From NCBI RefSeq assembly GCF_006345805.1, contig NC_042998.1:202430001-202494000 (forward strand): a DNA stretch of 64,000 bases, given 5' to 3'. The DNA is from Octopus sinensis (taxonomy: Eukaryota). The translations under genes were made by a program, and so were the position numbers. Positions 1 to 12,900 of this stretch are shown here, one piece after another (the stretch's first letter is position 1; the number at the start of each line of letters is the position of its first letter). The notes under the pieces are model-generated. The model was not told the DNA's origin. It searched no databases and saw only the letters and a list, made by a program, of their open reading frames with translations.

Positions 1-84
1 ACCAAGCAATGTTTAAATTGATCCAGTTGACATAAGGTCTCAAGAAACCATCTTGGTTTCCTTCCTATGTTCGATTTCCAAAAG

Positions 85-140
85 CATCGCTTGTCCAGCG
101 ATGTTGGGGGGACAACACAGACACACAAACACACACACAA

Positions 141-171
<31 letters not shown>

Positions 172-290
172 CGACGGGCTTCTTTCAGTTTCCGTCTACC
201 AAATCCACTCACAAGGTGCCACGCAGTGGGACTGAACCCAAAACCATGTGGTTCGTAAGCAAGCTACTTACCACACATCCACTCCTCCTA
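85..290 (-). mobile_element. tRNA-derived SINE family 1, internally deleted copy
   Basis: Reverse complement of head GGAGTGG(A)TGTGTGGTAAGTAGCTTGCTTAC...GGTTCAGTCCCACTGCGTGGCAC (A/B-box-like) plus core GTGAGTGGATTTGGTAGACGGAAACTGAAAGAAGCCCGTCG shared with more than 10 other copies in the window. Confidence 0.85.
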
Positions 291-1006
291 TATATATATA
301 CGTGTGTACATGTATGTTTGCATTTATGTATGTATGTAAGTATGTATGTATGTACGTCTGTATATACGATCGTATATACAAACGTTTGACAAACGTTTCG
401 CAGTTTTATAAAGTGTTTTGCAAAGAGATCAGTGAGAGGATGCAATTAAAGTGAAAAGAAGCGGGTTAAAAATGTCAATGTATAAATGACTGAAAGCTAT
501 TATATATACGAATGTATATATGTGTGTATATATATATCTAAACGAGTATGTGTGTTTATACGTATATCTGTATGTAAATACGTATGAATGTATATATACA
601 TACATATTACATATACTCGCAAATACTTATATACATGAATACAAAGAGAGTGAGTGTGGGTGGAGGAGTGATGGAGGGATAACATCAGTGAGAAGCAATT
701 CTAGCTTATGTATAATTTTCCATCTAGAAAGTTATTGCTGTATTAAATGACAATGCAATATTTTATGGCATTTCTTCAACCTCGTGATCGCAATATCTTT
801 ATTAAGTTCTAATGGCCTTTCTATGTCTCTCCATTGGTTTCTGAATTTGCGAGTTGATCTCTATGTTCAGCTGCCTTTATATATATTTGTCCGTTTGAAT
901 GTCTGTTATTAGTTTATTTGTCAACCTATATGTGATTTCTATATATCACCCTTAGCACCAAAACTAGCGAAAGCTATATATCAAGCAATTTGTCAGAAGT
1001 TATATA

Positions 1007-1046
<40 letters not shown>

Positions 1047-1429
1047 ATTCATCTATAACATTATCTAGATATCTATCGATCAACATATTTTCGCTTTTAT
1101 TTTCTTACATCTATATAGCTATTTCAATATGTATGACTATCTCTGCTGACATATTCATTATTTTTACTGACGTAGATTGCCGTTATGTCGGGGTAGCAGA
1201 TACTTGGGTCAAATAGACGTACGCACCGACCTCCTAACTTATGTTAGTATGGTACTGAATTTGTATTTTTTTATGTGTTACAAAGTTATTGAACAGAATC
1301 AACACTGGTTCTTTGCTTTGCGTAAACATAAACACACAGAAGGACAGTCACATAGCTATATAGAGACAAAGAGAGAAAAATGTACACGAGCACTTACACA
1401 TGCATGTGTGTGTTTGTGGGTTTGTGTGT

Positions 1430-1465
<36 letters not shown>

Positions 1466-1657
1466 GTGTGTGTGCATAAAGGGTATTTACATTTTTCCCC
1501 TTCAAAAATTGTCAATAATAAGGTATGTGTCAACAGAGGCTATGATAAATAGCTTCTAAGACGACTTCTAAACAGGAATGTATTCATATTATACATGTAT
1601 ATACATACACATGTGTGTGTGTATGTGTGTGTGTATTATTATTATTATTATTATTAT

Positions 1658-1697
<40 letters not shown>

Positions 1698-1698
<1 letters not shown>

Positions 1699-1826
1699 TT
1701 ATCATTACATTAAGGACTATTACTTTTAGATTTTATCCTTATATTTAATTTATATATATATATTATATATATAAATTAAATATAAGGATAAAATCTAAAA
1801 GTAATAGTCCGTAATGTAATGATAAT
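1698..1826. repeat. Near-perfect inverted repeat (fold-back) centred on (TA)n
   Basis: Arms attatcattacattaaggactattacttttagattttatccttatatttaattt and its reverse complement, with 1 mismatch; flanking microsatellites are also mirrored. Confidence 0.9.
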
Positions 1827-1901
1827 AATAAGAAGAAGAAGAAGAAGAACTATAATAATAATAATAACACACACACACACATGCACACACACACTCACAC
1901 A

Positions 1902-1981
<80 letters not shown>

Positions 1982-1986
<5 letters not shown>

Positions 1987-2930
1987 TAGAAAAAGCCACC
2001 TTTTATCAATTCAATAGTGAAAAATTAAATTATATATAATAGAAAGATTAAATATGAGATAAAACATATAACAATGATTATGTAATGTGGAAAATGATAA
2101 ATACAACGTATATATTTGGTAGAATAACGACACGTGTTTCGTGGCTATATTTAAGAAATGATAATAGTAATAATATTAGTAGTAGTAGTAATAGTAGTAT
2201 AATCACTTCAATATAAATATAGCCACCCTTCAGGTTAAAGAAAAAAAACAATAAAATAATTAAGTAGATGAATTAATAAATATACGTAAATAATCTTATA
2301 AAATGCGAATTATCAATATATTCTTGTTTAAATAAAAAGATAGAATAAAAAATAAGATCCAATTAATTAAAATATTTAAAATATATATATATATAATACA
2401 AAATATACATTAAGTGAAAACTAAATACTATAATTTAATCTATATACATTAAATTAAATTTAAATGTTTATCTAATAAACATCTAAATAAAGTCTCACTC
2501 ATATATAATTTATAATAAAAACCTTAATGTTAAGTGATATACATAATGTTAGTACAAGCTATAAATATTAGAATTAAAAATAGGAATTAAAATAGGAAAT
2601 GGTTCAAATATATACACACCTATTATATAAACTATGTTATTAATATATATGTAGTATCTATAGATTTAATACTTTACTCAATTATATAGTTGACCGAAAT
2701 ATCAATTAATATTAGACTAATTTACTTAAATGTAAATACTGCGTAATAAATAGAGCACCTAACTATTAAATAATACATTGTGTTACAAAACTATTTCTCA
2801 AATTAAATTATATGTAATATGATAAATCACACTATATAAATAATAATAAAGTATAATAAGTAAATAGATATAATATCATAACTAATACTTATCAAGAAAT
2901 TACATATAAATTACTATTTTAACAACAACA
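1982..2930 (-). mobile_element. Probable highly eroded Penelope-like element (GIY-YIG relic plus HHR-containing terminal repeat)
   Basis: Minus strand 2660-2790 gives FC...YLI.RCS...YI(x10)FG with GIY-YIG-like spacing but many stops; followed directly by the HHR at 2125-2237. Confidence 0.4.
2125..2237 (-). ncRNA. Type I hammerhead ribozyme motif (A9G variant, microsatellite-expanded loop II)
   Basis: Minus strand: TAAC-CTGAAGG-GTGGCTATATTTA-(60 nt AGT/AAT repeats)-TAAATATAGCCAC-GAAAC-ACGT-GTC-GTTA. Stem I 4 bp, stem II 13 bp perfect, palindromic stem III ACACGTGT, GUC triplet. Confidence 0.75.
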
Positions 2931-3081
2931 ACAACAATAATAATAATAGAATTCAAAATTTAAATAATATTGTTTAATAAAAAACGTCAATTATCTTGTC
3001 GATGAAAATAATATATCTCCTTGTTTTTTTTTTCTCTCCTTTTTTTCTCTCCTTGTTTCTCTCCATGTTTTTTTCTGTGTA

Positions 3082-3119
3082 TCTTTCTGTAGGAGAGCGT
3101 AGGCTCGAAACGTAAAAGA
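3082..3119 (+). ncRNA. Minimal (dimer-type) hammerhead-like motif, family A, degenerate core CUGUAGG
   Basis: TCTTT-CTGTAGG-A-GAGC-GTAG-GCTC-GAAAC-GTA-AAAGA: stem I 5 bp, stem II 4 bp, ACGT palindromic stem III. Same ~200-bp repeat as 31830. Confidence 0.6.
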
Positions 3120-3205
3120 CTGTTTCTATTCCTGAGCGCTGTACTAATACATTTGTTTGTTTGTACACCACCTGCCTTCGTCTTTTGTTTATTTTCGTAA
3201 ACCTT

Positions 3206-3250
<45 letters not shown>

Positions 3251-4985
3251 CTAGCAAACGCACCCGTCCTTTGGATGGTTTAAGTTATTATGGTGGTATT
3301 TTTTCACGAGTTCAGCAAGGAGTCACTTGCTAAGTGGTATCTGCCATGAAATAAATTTGAAGGAACCTTTCTTGACAGAAAGAATATAGCCTATCCGATG
3401 ATGTCTTTGGTTCTGAATTTTGAACGTTGGCATATAGGAGTCTTCATGAATGGATTTGAGATCCGAAACTTGTCATCTGGCAGGCAGAGTTATGAGCAAA
3501 TTCTCTGTATAAATGGCTGCGAATCAAAGCGTTGACCAAGATGTAAAGAGAGGCAAAACTGAGGAATGTTTTGTCAGTCAGGTAAGCAAGCGTTGCCGTT
3601 TGAGCGGCATAGGCCACTGGATTGTTCAGCCCACTTGAGACTCTTGCAAAATGGACATAATACAGACATTTCCCTGTAACAGTCTCTCGCTGAGTGGCGT
3701 AATCCTTGGCAGTATTATAGCTGAGCGCATTTGATGCCCATCGACTACTCGAAGGCTTCTTATAGCCATAGGCAAGGCCCTTTCGGTGAACATTATAGTG
3801 CTATATGTCGGGTACGCAACGCTGCATCCACTTCTGCCGTGAAGTTGGCAGATGACGATGACTATTGGATGATGAGACTTCAGTATAATGTTCAGCGAAA
3901 GGCTCTTTCGGCCCTCGCATCAGCAGGACTAACTCGATAGGTTTCGCACTATTTTCAACAGTCTACGGGATCTCAGGCCTTCATTTTCTTTATCCTACCA
4001 GCGCTGCTGCTGTCTTGCCGCCGCAGATGAATGCGTGCTCTCTGTTTAGGTGGCATGCTTGTATTATCTGTAAAAGGAAAATGGGTTTTAGAGTACCAAA
4101 TGTGTATCGAATCCGTTGTAAGCTAAGAAATGCCCCTTTATTCTGTCTTCCCACACATCCTGCGCTTAAAGTTAAATTGGTATGGAACTTTCTGAAAGAT
4201 ACGTACAGCTTTCGCTTGTGGTAGCAAAACTCTTACTTAAAAGTTGATGTTTCAGGACGAATCATACATGATTGTTTTAAATAGGCTCGAACGTCAATCC
4301 TAAGACGCATTTGAAACAATGGACAACAGTTGAAATATCATAATGGATGTGTAAATAAGCATCCTTAAAGTGAAACAACGCATTGGTAGGTAAACAAAGG
4401 TATCAACAAATAGAAGAGAGAGAGGGGGTACCATCACTTTTCAAATAACTCAGAATAGGTAAAGGTAAGCTTGCCAGTTTAATGCAGTTTAAATATGGAG
4501 ATTAAGATTGTTTGGTGTTGGATATTCATAGCGTACAGTGTTCCTAGTCAATCTAATCAAAGTCAAAATTATTCTCTAATGCCGATATACAATAGAGATT
4601 TTTAAAGTATGGAAGACCTAACATGCGAAAAACTATGTACATACAACGAATTTGGAACATCTTTAAAATGTACGTAAACAGTTCTTTACATGGAAACAAA
4701 ATAACAACTTCCAAATCCTCTTTCCTGTCTGGGTCACAGACAGTCGAACTAAATAAATAGACAAACTCCTTTCACTTTTATAAAAAGATTAAAAAAAGTA
4801 TGGCAGACCCTACATACAAAGAACTATATCCATTTACTTCCATATGCGTGGGAGTTCTGAACGAAATGTCATTGTGCATGACGATCCATAGGACATAGGT
4901 AATGTGTGTATAAAGTTTGAAGAAAATCGGTTCAGAATTGTGGAAACGTATGCGTTAATCATTATGCACACATACATACACACAT
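3251..4985 (-). mobile_element. Helitron deletion derivative with RepHel N-terminal relic
   Basis: Minus 3' end: hairpin CCATCC-AAA-GGACGG then CTAG|T at 3251-3254. Minus 3336-3672 translates MSVLCPFCKSLKWAEQSSGLCRSNG...HNSACQMTSFG...PTFKIQNQRHHRIG...LQIYFMADT, typical Helitron Rep N-terminus. 4860-4985 resembles the 5' segment of the other Helitrons here. Confidence 0.8.
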
Positions 4986-5056
4986 ATGACCTCGTGAGTA
5001 CCGCCAGCGATTTTTTTTCCTCTGTCTTCCCTTCTTGGGATCTTTGCTTCTCCTAT

Positions 5057-5091
5057 GTTTCCGACGAAGAGCTCCGCTCGAAACGTAAAAC
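5057..5091 (+). ncRNA. Minimal (dimer-type) hammerhead-like motif, family B, core CCGACGA (U4C)
   Basis: GTTT-CCGACGA-A-GAGC-TCC-GCTC-GAAAC-GTA-AAAC, inside a ~200-bp repeat (about 4990-5190) ending in (TA)n. Confidence 0.6.
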
Positions 5092-5192
5092 CATCCTTCT
5101 TCCCTTCTTTCCTGAGCGTCCAATAATACTTTATTTGTTCCACGTCCTCGCGTTGCTGTGTTTTTTTTTGTGTTTTCTTGTTTGGTTAACTT

Positions 5193-5227
<35 letters not shown>

Positions 5228-5241
5228 CTGTGTGTGTGTGT

Positions 5242-5286
<45 letters not shown>

Positions 5287-6450
5287 CATATCGAATACAA
5301 TTCCGAAATAAATTTTTCACTCATCAAAATATCTGCCCCTGTGTCGCAATTACCAAATAGGTCCATGTGAGAAGGAGATATCCTTAGGGAACAAAAATTC
5401 TCCAAGGTTGACATACTTTATAATATAGAAAAGGACAGGCTTATTAGTTGCAGAGAAGAGGACAATACGTGCGCACATATCATTGCCTTAATAAACGTCA
5501 TGAGCATTACAATTGCCCTAAATTATTTCCAGCAAGCATTGGGCCTGTCTATATACAAAACGTGTAGAAGAACATTTATGGTCTGAGTAGAGAAATAATT
5601 CAAAGTAATATGTAGGAGGTGTATGGACAACATTGATGCCATAAGCCTACGCTAATATGCGAAAGAGGAATGTTGGTCAGCTAAAAGTTTTATGCAGGTT
5701 ACTTATTGAATTTACTGCAACATCACATTAGCCAATAGTTTGGTTAGAGAATATAGATATCTTATGGCTGAACATTTTAAAAGTGCAAATAATCTTTGAT
5801 TCACCAAATATCAGGTCATTAATGCTTTCAGTTTAGCCAAACTGTCGTCACTGCAGAAACCAAAATCAGTGTTATTAAATTTCTCGGCAAGTACATAAGA
5901 TAGATAATCCAATGCGATCACCTATGTGTGCCACACCATACTTGAAAGGAAGCAGTTCGGATCAGTATCTTAAATTTCATTTATTCCATTTCGAACGGCA
6001 ATGATATCTAAACGTTAATGATTTCATTAATATGTTTATGATACATTGTATAGTAATATTAGAACAGTAGTAGGCGATGAAATTTGGGTTTTGGATACAC
6101 AGAACAGAAGTTTCGAATAAAGTGTACTTGTATTCGATCCAACTGAACATCTACTAATATTAATATTACTCTGCTTTTGTAAGTTTGTGACTTTTGTAAT
6201 TACATTGGTGCTACTGCTTAATAAAAGAATACTCCTACAGCAGATTTACCTGTTTTGATTAACTTCCATTAATGTTGCAGCTAACAGGGTTACCTGCATG
6301 GGATTTAATGGTTATGAACCTCTCGTCTTATTTAAGAAGAAATTTCGGAATTTACTTCTCGTTAATAAGTCTAAAAGTTCAGATACTAAGTGTTCTTGAA
6401 CTCCACTTCAGAAAACCTGTTTGCATCTTTTAAAACCACACGCTTATGTC

Positions 6451-7618
6451 AGTTAGTTAGTTAAATTTTTGGTTCAAAAAGCAAAAAGCACGGCCATGTA
6501 GGGGGACATGGAGTTATGTACAGGGTGGTGTTCATGCAAAGAGTTCAGGCCATTTGTGGTCAAGGGAGACTTTGAACCGAGCGGTCGTCGGCATCTTCAC
6601 TATCTCGTCCGGCAGCTTATTCCACGGATCCGCAACCTGGACGGAGAAAGCCCTCTCCTCGATTGAGATGAAATCGTCGCAGATAGAGCTTTTCGGAGTG
6701 GACCCCGCAAACGACGCTCTGGAGACGGAGTGAAGAACAGCTCTTTCGAGAGGTTACACTTTCCGCTTATGATGGTGAGCAAGAGTGAGATCACCACGGC
6801 GTCGGCGTTTTTCTAGAGAAGAAATGTCGAGCGTCTTCAGCCTTTCTTCATAAGACAAATGCTTGAGACCAAGAACCATGCGGGTAGCCAGCTTCTGGAC
6901 TCTTTCGAGATGCTGTATGTCTTTGAGGAGATAAGAAGAGGTCTTGAATCCCGTACTCCAATATGGGTATCACCAGCGTGACACAGAGCGGTAGGGATAT
7001 GTCTGCTGTTAGCTTTCCGAATGACCGTCGAATCAAAAACAGAACTCCGCGTCCTTTGTTGGCAGCATGGACGCACTGGGCCGAAGGCGAAAAGGAAGTA
7101 TCCACCAAGATAACGAGGTCCTTTACCTGGTCGGTCCTCTCCAGCAGCAGACGACCCGGCTCGAAATCAAGTTGAGTTGCAGGAGAAGAGCCAACAGGCA
7201 GATGACAGCACTTTGACACGTTCCGACACAGGTCCCATTCGTTTGACCATCTCCAAACTTGGTGGAGGCATCGACGAAGATCCTCTATATCACCCCGAGG
7301 AGCGACCAGTTTGAGATCATCGGCAAATAGAAGGGTGTGTTGCGTAAGGTCGTCGGGCAAGTCATTTACGAAGACTAAGAACAATAAGGGCCCAAGCACT
7401 GAACCTTGAGGCACGCCACTGCTCGCACTGGAGACGTCGGACAGCGAACCATTAACTTGGACTTGGAAGGAGCGATCTGAGAGGAAGGCACCAACCTATC
7501 GTACAATATCCGGATGGAAACTATATGCTTGAAGCTTGACAAGTAATAGGCGGTGGTTTACCGAGTCAAAAGCTTTGGCAAAGTCCAATAAAACGATGTC
7601 AACAACATCACCATCATC
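6451..7618 (-). pseudogene. 5'-truncated CR1/L2-type LINE, reverse transcriptase domain through 3' UTR
   Basis: VDIVFLDFAKAFDSVNH...SGVPQGSVLGPLLFLVFVNDLP...LLFADDLKL...FSVQVADPWNKLP; stops and frameshifts; (TAAC)n tail at 6451-6463. Confidence 0.92.
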
Positions 7619-7799
7619 GATATATATAATGATATATCGCTTAAACCAAAGTGAAGACGAACATATAGCGTGTTAAGTTAATGTGGTCCTCGTTTTCTAT
7701 GATATTTTCTTCATTTGAAAAAGGCATAATGTTTTCGATAGAGTAGGCTACATATATGTGCATACATACATATATTTATATATTATATATACATATATG

Positions 7800-7887
<88 letters not shown>

Positions 7888-8318
7888 CTACACACAATAA
7901 ATCTCTAGAAAGTAAAAGTTGTTTTCTTTCTTTAAGATGAACATTTCTCGAGTATATTTCATTCCGTTGGAGCAATATCTTGATATAAAATATGTGTTGT
8001 ATCTCTATGTAAGAAAACGTTGAAACGGTGTTCGGATATCGAAGGTGTGTGACTCATCTTCAAATGGTCTTTTGAAATACTATGCGTGCTAGTTATATCT
8101 ATATATCACAAATCGTTTGTGTTTGTATGTTCTTTTTTTTTTATTTTTTATAACATGAAATGAGAGATATAGAGAGAGAACGATGTATTGACGTAAAATA
8201 TGTGTCACAGTTAGGAGCGTGTGGATACTGCAGGGAAACCTCAGCTTTGATGTATCTATACATATATACACACACATATACATATAGAGATGCAGACAGG
8301 TACATATTTTGTGAAGGC

Positions 8319-8362
<44 letters not shown>

Positions 8363-8440
8363 TATATATACACGTATATAATATATATATATATGTGAGT
8401 GTGTGTGTGTATTCATACATATATTTACACACACGCACAT

Positions 8441-8482
<42 letters not shown>

Positions 8483-8747
8483 GCCACATATACATATAGA
8501 CACGCTCATACATACAGTCATGATACTCACACATACACATACGCATATATTTCGTTTCCATTTTCGCAGCCACTCTTCAGTAAAGTTTGATATAGAGAAA
8601 AAGAACCACGGAGAGATGATTCAGGTTTTTCGAATTAATGAACAAACTCTAGTCTAGTTTTTTTTCACAATTTTATAAAAATTGCAGAAATACAAGACAG
8701 TTGTAGAGATCCATCTGACGACCCCATAAATCTGTCACAGCATCGAG

Positions 8748-8795
<48 letters not shown>

Positions 8796-10199
8796 TCATA
8801 CATGTGTAAATACACCTATATATGAGCGTGTGTACGCATGTGCGTGCATTTATATAATGCGTAAGTTAGAAGAAGCACAGAGAGAGGGAGAAGAAGATTT
8901 ATTTCTCCGTCCCCGTATTTCTAGAAATTTATAGTTTTGCATATTTTTCCCAATCTACGCCATTGCATTTTCGAAGAAATACCATTACTGCTAACCGCGT
9001 TCATCTTCTTCAACCCTCTCTCATTCCTTATTATTTTCTCAAACCCCTGTCAGCTGTCATATGCTGCTTCTGTTGTTGTTATTACTGTTATTCTTGTGTT
9101 GTTGTCGTTGCTGCTGCTGTTGTTGTTGTTGTTATCTTCTGTGCTTCGGTCTTTGTATCATTTTTGTTTATCTAATATGTGCAGATTCCCTTGTCCTTCA
9201 CTGTTATTTGCAAGCTTTTTTTATTCTCTTTGATATACTTTGGAAATCGATGCCTGGGTTTCTTTGTGCTTGATAGATTCCTCTAGAGCGGAGCAAAGCT
9301 TCTTAATGTACTTAAGGCATTACTGCCTTTTACTTCCTATAGAACCTTACCAACGTAGCAATACAAGCAATCTTCTCAGTATTGTTCACTAATTGCTAAA
9401 CACTGAGACATGCTCATCTGTTTATGCATTTATGTATCTATCTACCTATCTAGCAATGAATCTGTGTCTATCTATCTATCATTATATCTATCTAACTATT
9501 TATCTATCTATCCGCGATCTCCCTCTCTATCTGACTAATTATGTCGCTATCTATTGATACTGTTTTATTAGCTATGAATCTCATTGGGGTTACTCAAAAG
9601 CCAAGAGTTTCCTCCGACCGCTCATGGCTAGAGTAGCTTCTCCGATATTGTCAACTAATAAAGCATTATATAGACATTGTTTAGCTACTTCAGTTATCTT
9701 TCTCTGGTTTGTAAAGACAAATTAATCTATCTCTATCAATTTATCACTTTCCACATATTTCTTCGACTGCCTGTCTATTTATATATTTATCTCGCTATTA
9801 GTCTGTCTAAATATAACCCTCTGTTTATCTATCAGATGATTGACCTTTATCTCAGTTTGTCTCTCTTGCTCTCTCTCTCAATTTCAATCGTATGAGTGTG
9901 TTACCATTTCCTCCAGTTTCTATGTCAATATCGAGAAGAAATCGGAGAAATTGTCATAGTAATCATGTCGTTCGTTGTGTACATACATGCATGCCTGCAT
10001 GCATATATAATTAGACAGAGAGAGAGACAGACAGACAGACATACTGCAGACAGTCAGACAGACAAACAGACAGACAGATACATACATACATACATACATA
10101 CCTGTAGTCCTGCTGTTACACTCAAACTCAGTTTGTCATAATCCAGGAGCACACATTACACATTACTACAAATCACACACAGTACACATTACTATATAT

Positions 10200-11720
10200 C
10201 ACCCACCTGAAGCTCCAAATCATGGACACTCATTCGAAAAGAACCTCAAACTAATAAAAGCTGTATTAACTAACATGGATGATAGCCTTCACAAACTTCT
10301 TCCACGAGACTTCAACGTTCCTAACGTCAAATTGCCTGAAGCCCGCCTTCTCCCAGATATGTACATGCGTGAACAGGGGCAGAGAGATTCTCTGCTCAAC
10401 CTCACAAACATGCTTTTTTTAGAGCGAATAAAGCTTCACCTAATAAGCATTAAAATGTCATGGAGCTCTGCTTGACAATTAACGGGGAACTCATCCTTAA
10501 CGTTAAAGTGACACCGACGACTTTCTCAGATTATAACTTAATAGAACCTACAACGTATGGTCCGCAGAGAACTGAAGACATGCAGGCTATAAGAAGCACC
10601 CAACTTCTTTCCAGCTTGAACTTTTATAAATCTCATTGGAAGGGTATGAGAAAGAGGTCATAGAACAGAATTGGTTCACAAGTCTCTCTACAAAAAAAAT
10701 ATTGACATAAAGCTACACAATTTTAGGTCAATCATACGTGATGCATGCAGTATGCTTTCTCCAGATATAATGTTATATTAACAGAAAAGCATAATTCACA
10801 AGGATAGGAAGAATCTAATGAGACGAGGCGAAAAGATATCAAACCATCCATGTGAGCGACTAAAGGATAGCGAGGAATCTCATTTCAAACAAACAACGCT
10901 TGAGACTGAAAGGGAACACAAACACTCCCGTGAGAAGGGGAGGGCACGGAGAAATCCAGGCTGTAAAAAATGCAAAGACAAGCCCTAAACCTTCCTATAC
11001 ATCTTTAAAAGAGTCTACTTTAGTACGATAAAAGATAGGGCCGAAATTCGAAGAAAATGGTTCTTTGATAGCACACCCCGAGAGGGTAAGTGAAATATTG
11101 AATGTGTAATACAAAAGCGTTTTTAATACTCCGTTGGGACACTTGCATATAACTATAACTGATGAGTTCTTTGGCACCACAGTTCTACACAAAGAGATGG
11201 CGACAATTAATTACATCGAAAGAGAGCAAAGTGATGTAGTATCAGCCATTGATGAAATAACCCTAAACTCAGAGGCCCTGATGGATTCCCAACAACCTCT
11301 AAAAGAAATGCAAAGGGTCACTTGCAAAGCCACAACAGATCTGCTTCGAAAACTTCCGTGTAACTAAGAGACTTCACAAAAAGACAAAGGAAGGCATAAT
11401 ATGTCATATACATTGAGGAGATAGCAGAGTGGATGCTAAAAATTATAGGCGTATGTTCCTAACCTCACAGGTCGGGAAACTTGTGGAAAACATTGTCAAG
11501 AAGTTAATCACGTTCCTAGAAGATAATGACTCTCTCTCTAACACGCAGAATGCCTTCCGTTCATAATAAGCTGCCTTACAAAGCCCCGGGTGTTGAAACC
11601 AACTAATCATTCGCTCAAAAATGGATATCTCAATTTTCCAAAGGCCATTGATAAGGTTCGTCATCTTGTCCAACCTTTTATGCTCTGAGTTGAAATACTG
11701 CCAAAATTCAAGTTTGCTTT
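10200..11720 (+). pseudogene. Decayed CR1/L2-type LINE (APE endonuclease and start of RT)
   Basis: LLPRDFNVPNV (GDFN-like), VTPTTFSDYNLIE (SDH-like), KNYRRMFLTSQVGKLVENIV...QNAFRS; many frameshifts. Confidence 0.75.
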
Positions 11721-11972
11721 TCATTCTTTCGGGATCGAAGAAATATAATTCAGCCGTGTCCTAGTGTCGATGTAATTGACGCCCCCCCCCCGCTCTCCTA
11801 AAATTTGCTGCTGTTGCACTAAAATTATAAAGAATTACTTTTGTCATTATTATAGAGCCTGATTGAAATTGTAATTGTCATGTTGACTTTGCTGCTACTG
11901 CTGCTGCCGCTGCTGCTTCTATATTATCATTGATGGTGATGATTATCTTTTTTCTATTTATTATTCTTGCTA

Positions 11973-12012
11973 CCGGTTCTCCGGTTCTCCGGTTCTCCGG
12001 TTCTCCAGTTCT
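11973..12012. repeat. (CCGGTTCT)x5 octamer tandem repeat
   Basis: Four exact units plus one CCAGTTCT. Confidence 0.9.
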
Positions 12013-12159
12013 TCAAAAACTTATTTCCTCATAACACTATGGTTGTTGATGATTTTATTATTGAATCTCTCATTGCCAAGGTCATTGATATCGTTATTGC
12101 AAATTGTTCTTGTTTTGTATTGTTGCTATCGGTTTACGTTTCCTTTGTTATTATCTCTG

Positions 12160-12590
12160 CTGCTGCTGCTGCTGCTGTTGTTGTTGTTGTTGTTGCTACT
12201 GTACTTATTCTCTCGTTGCTCCATCTTATTTACGATTGTTTCTGTTGTTATGGTTATTGATTTTGTCATCAATAACGTTGCTGTTGTTGTTGTTGTTGTT
12301 ATTAGTTCTTGTTGTTAAGTCGTCCTAATTATGCCATGGCAGTTACTACAGCTCCTACCTCTCTGACTACTGACATTTGTTCTGACATTGCTATTCGTAC
12401 CGTTGTTGTTGTTGTGGTTGTTGTTGCTGCTGCTGCTGCTGTTGTTGTTGTTGTTGTTGCTGTTGTTGTTGTTGTTGCTGTTGTTGTTGTTGTTGTTGTT
12501 GAATTTGTCATTGAAGCCCCTAGTTGTTGCAGTTGTTTCTGCTGATGTATCTACTGCGAACTTTGAATCTTTTATTTCTGTCGTTGTTGT

Positions 12591-12634
<44 letters not shown>

Positions 12635-12900
12635 TTGTTGTTACTGTTGTTGTTGTTGTTGTGTTGCTGTTGTTGTTGTTGTTGAATCTGTCATTGAAGC
12701 CCCCAGTTGTTGCAGTTGTCTCTGCTAACTTTGAATCTTTTATATTTCTGTCTTTGTTGTTCTTGTTGTTGTTGCTGCTGTTCTTCTTCTTCTTCTTCTT
12801 CTTCTTCTTCTTCTTCTTCTTCTTCTTCTTCTTCTTGTAGTTGTTATCGTTGCGGCTGCTGTTGTTGTTGTTGTCGTCGTCGCTGTCGTCGTTCTGATTG
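12160..12900. repeat. Compound (GTT)n/(GCT)n/(CTT)n microsatellite with an internal ~80-bp direct repeat
   Basis: gaat(t/c)tgtcattgaagcccc...gaatcttttat occurs at about 12500 and 12683; explains the poly-V/L/F ORFs. Confidence 0.9.
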
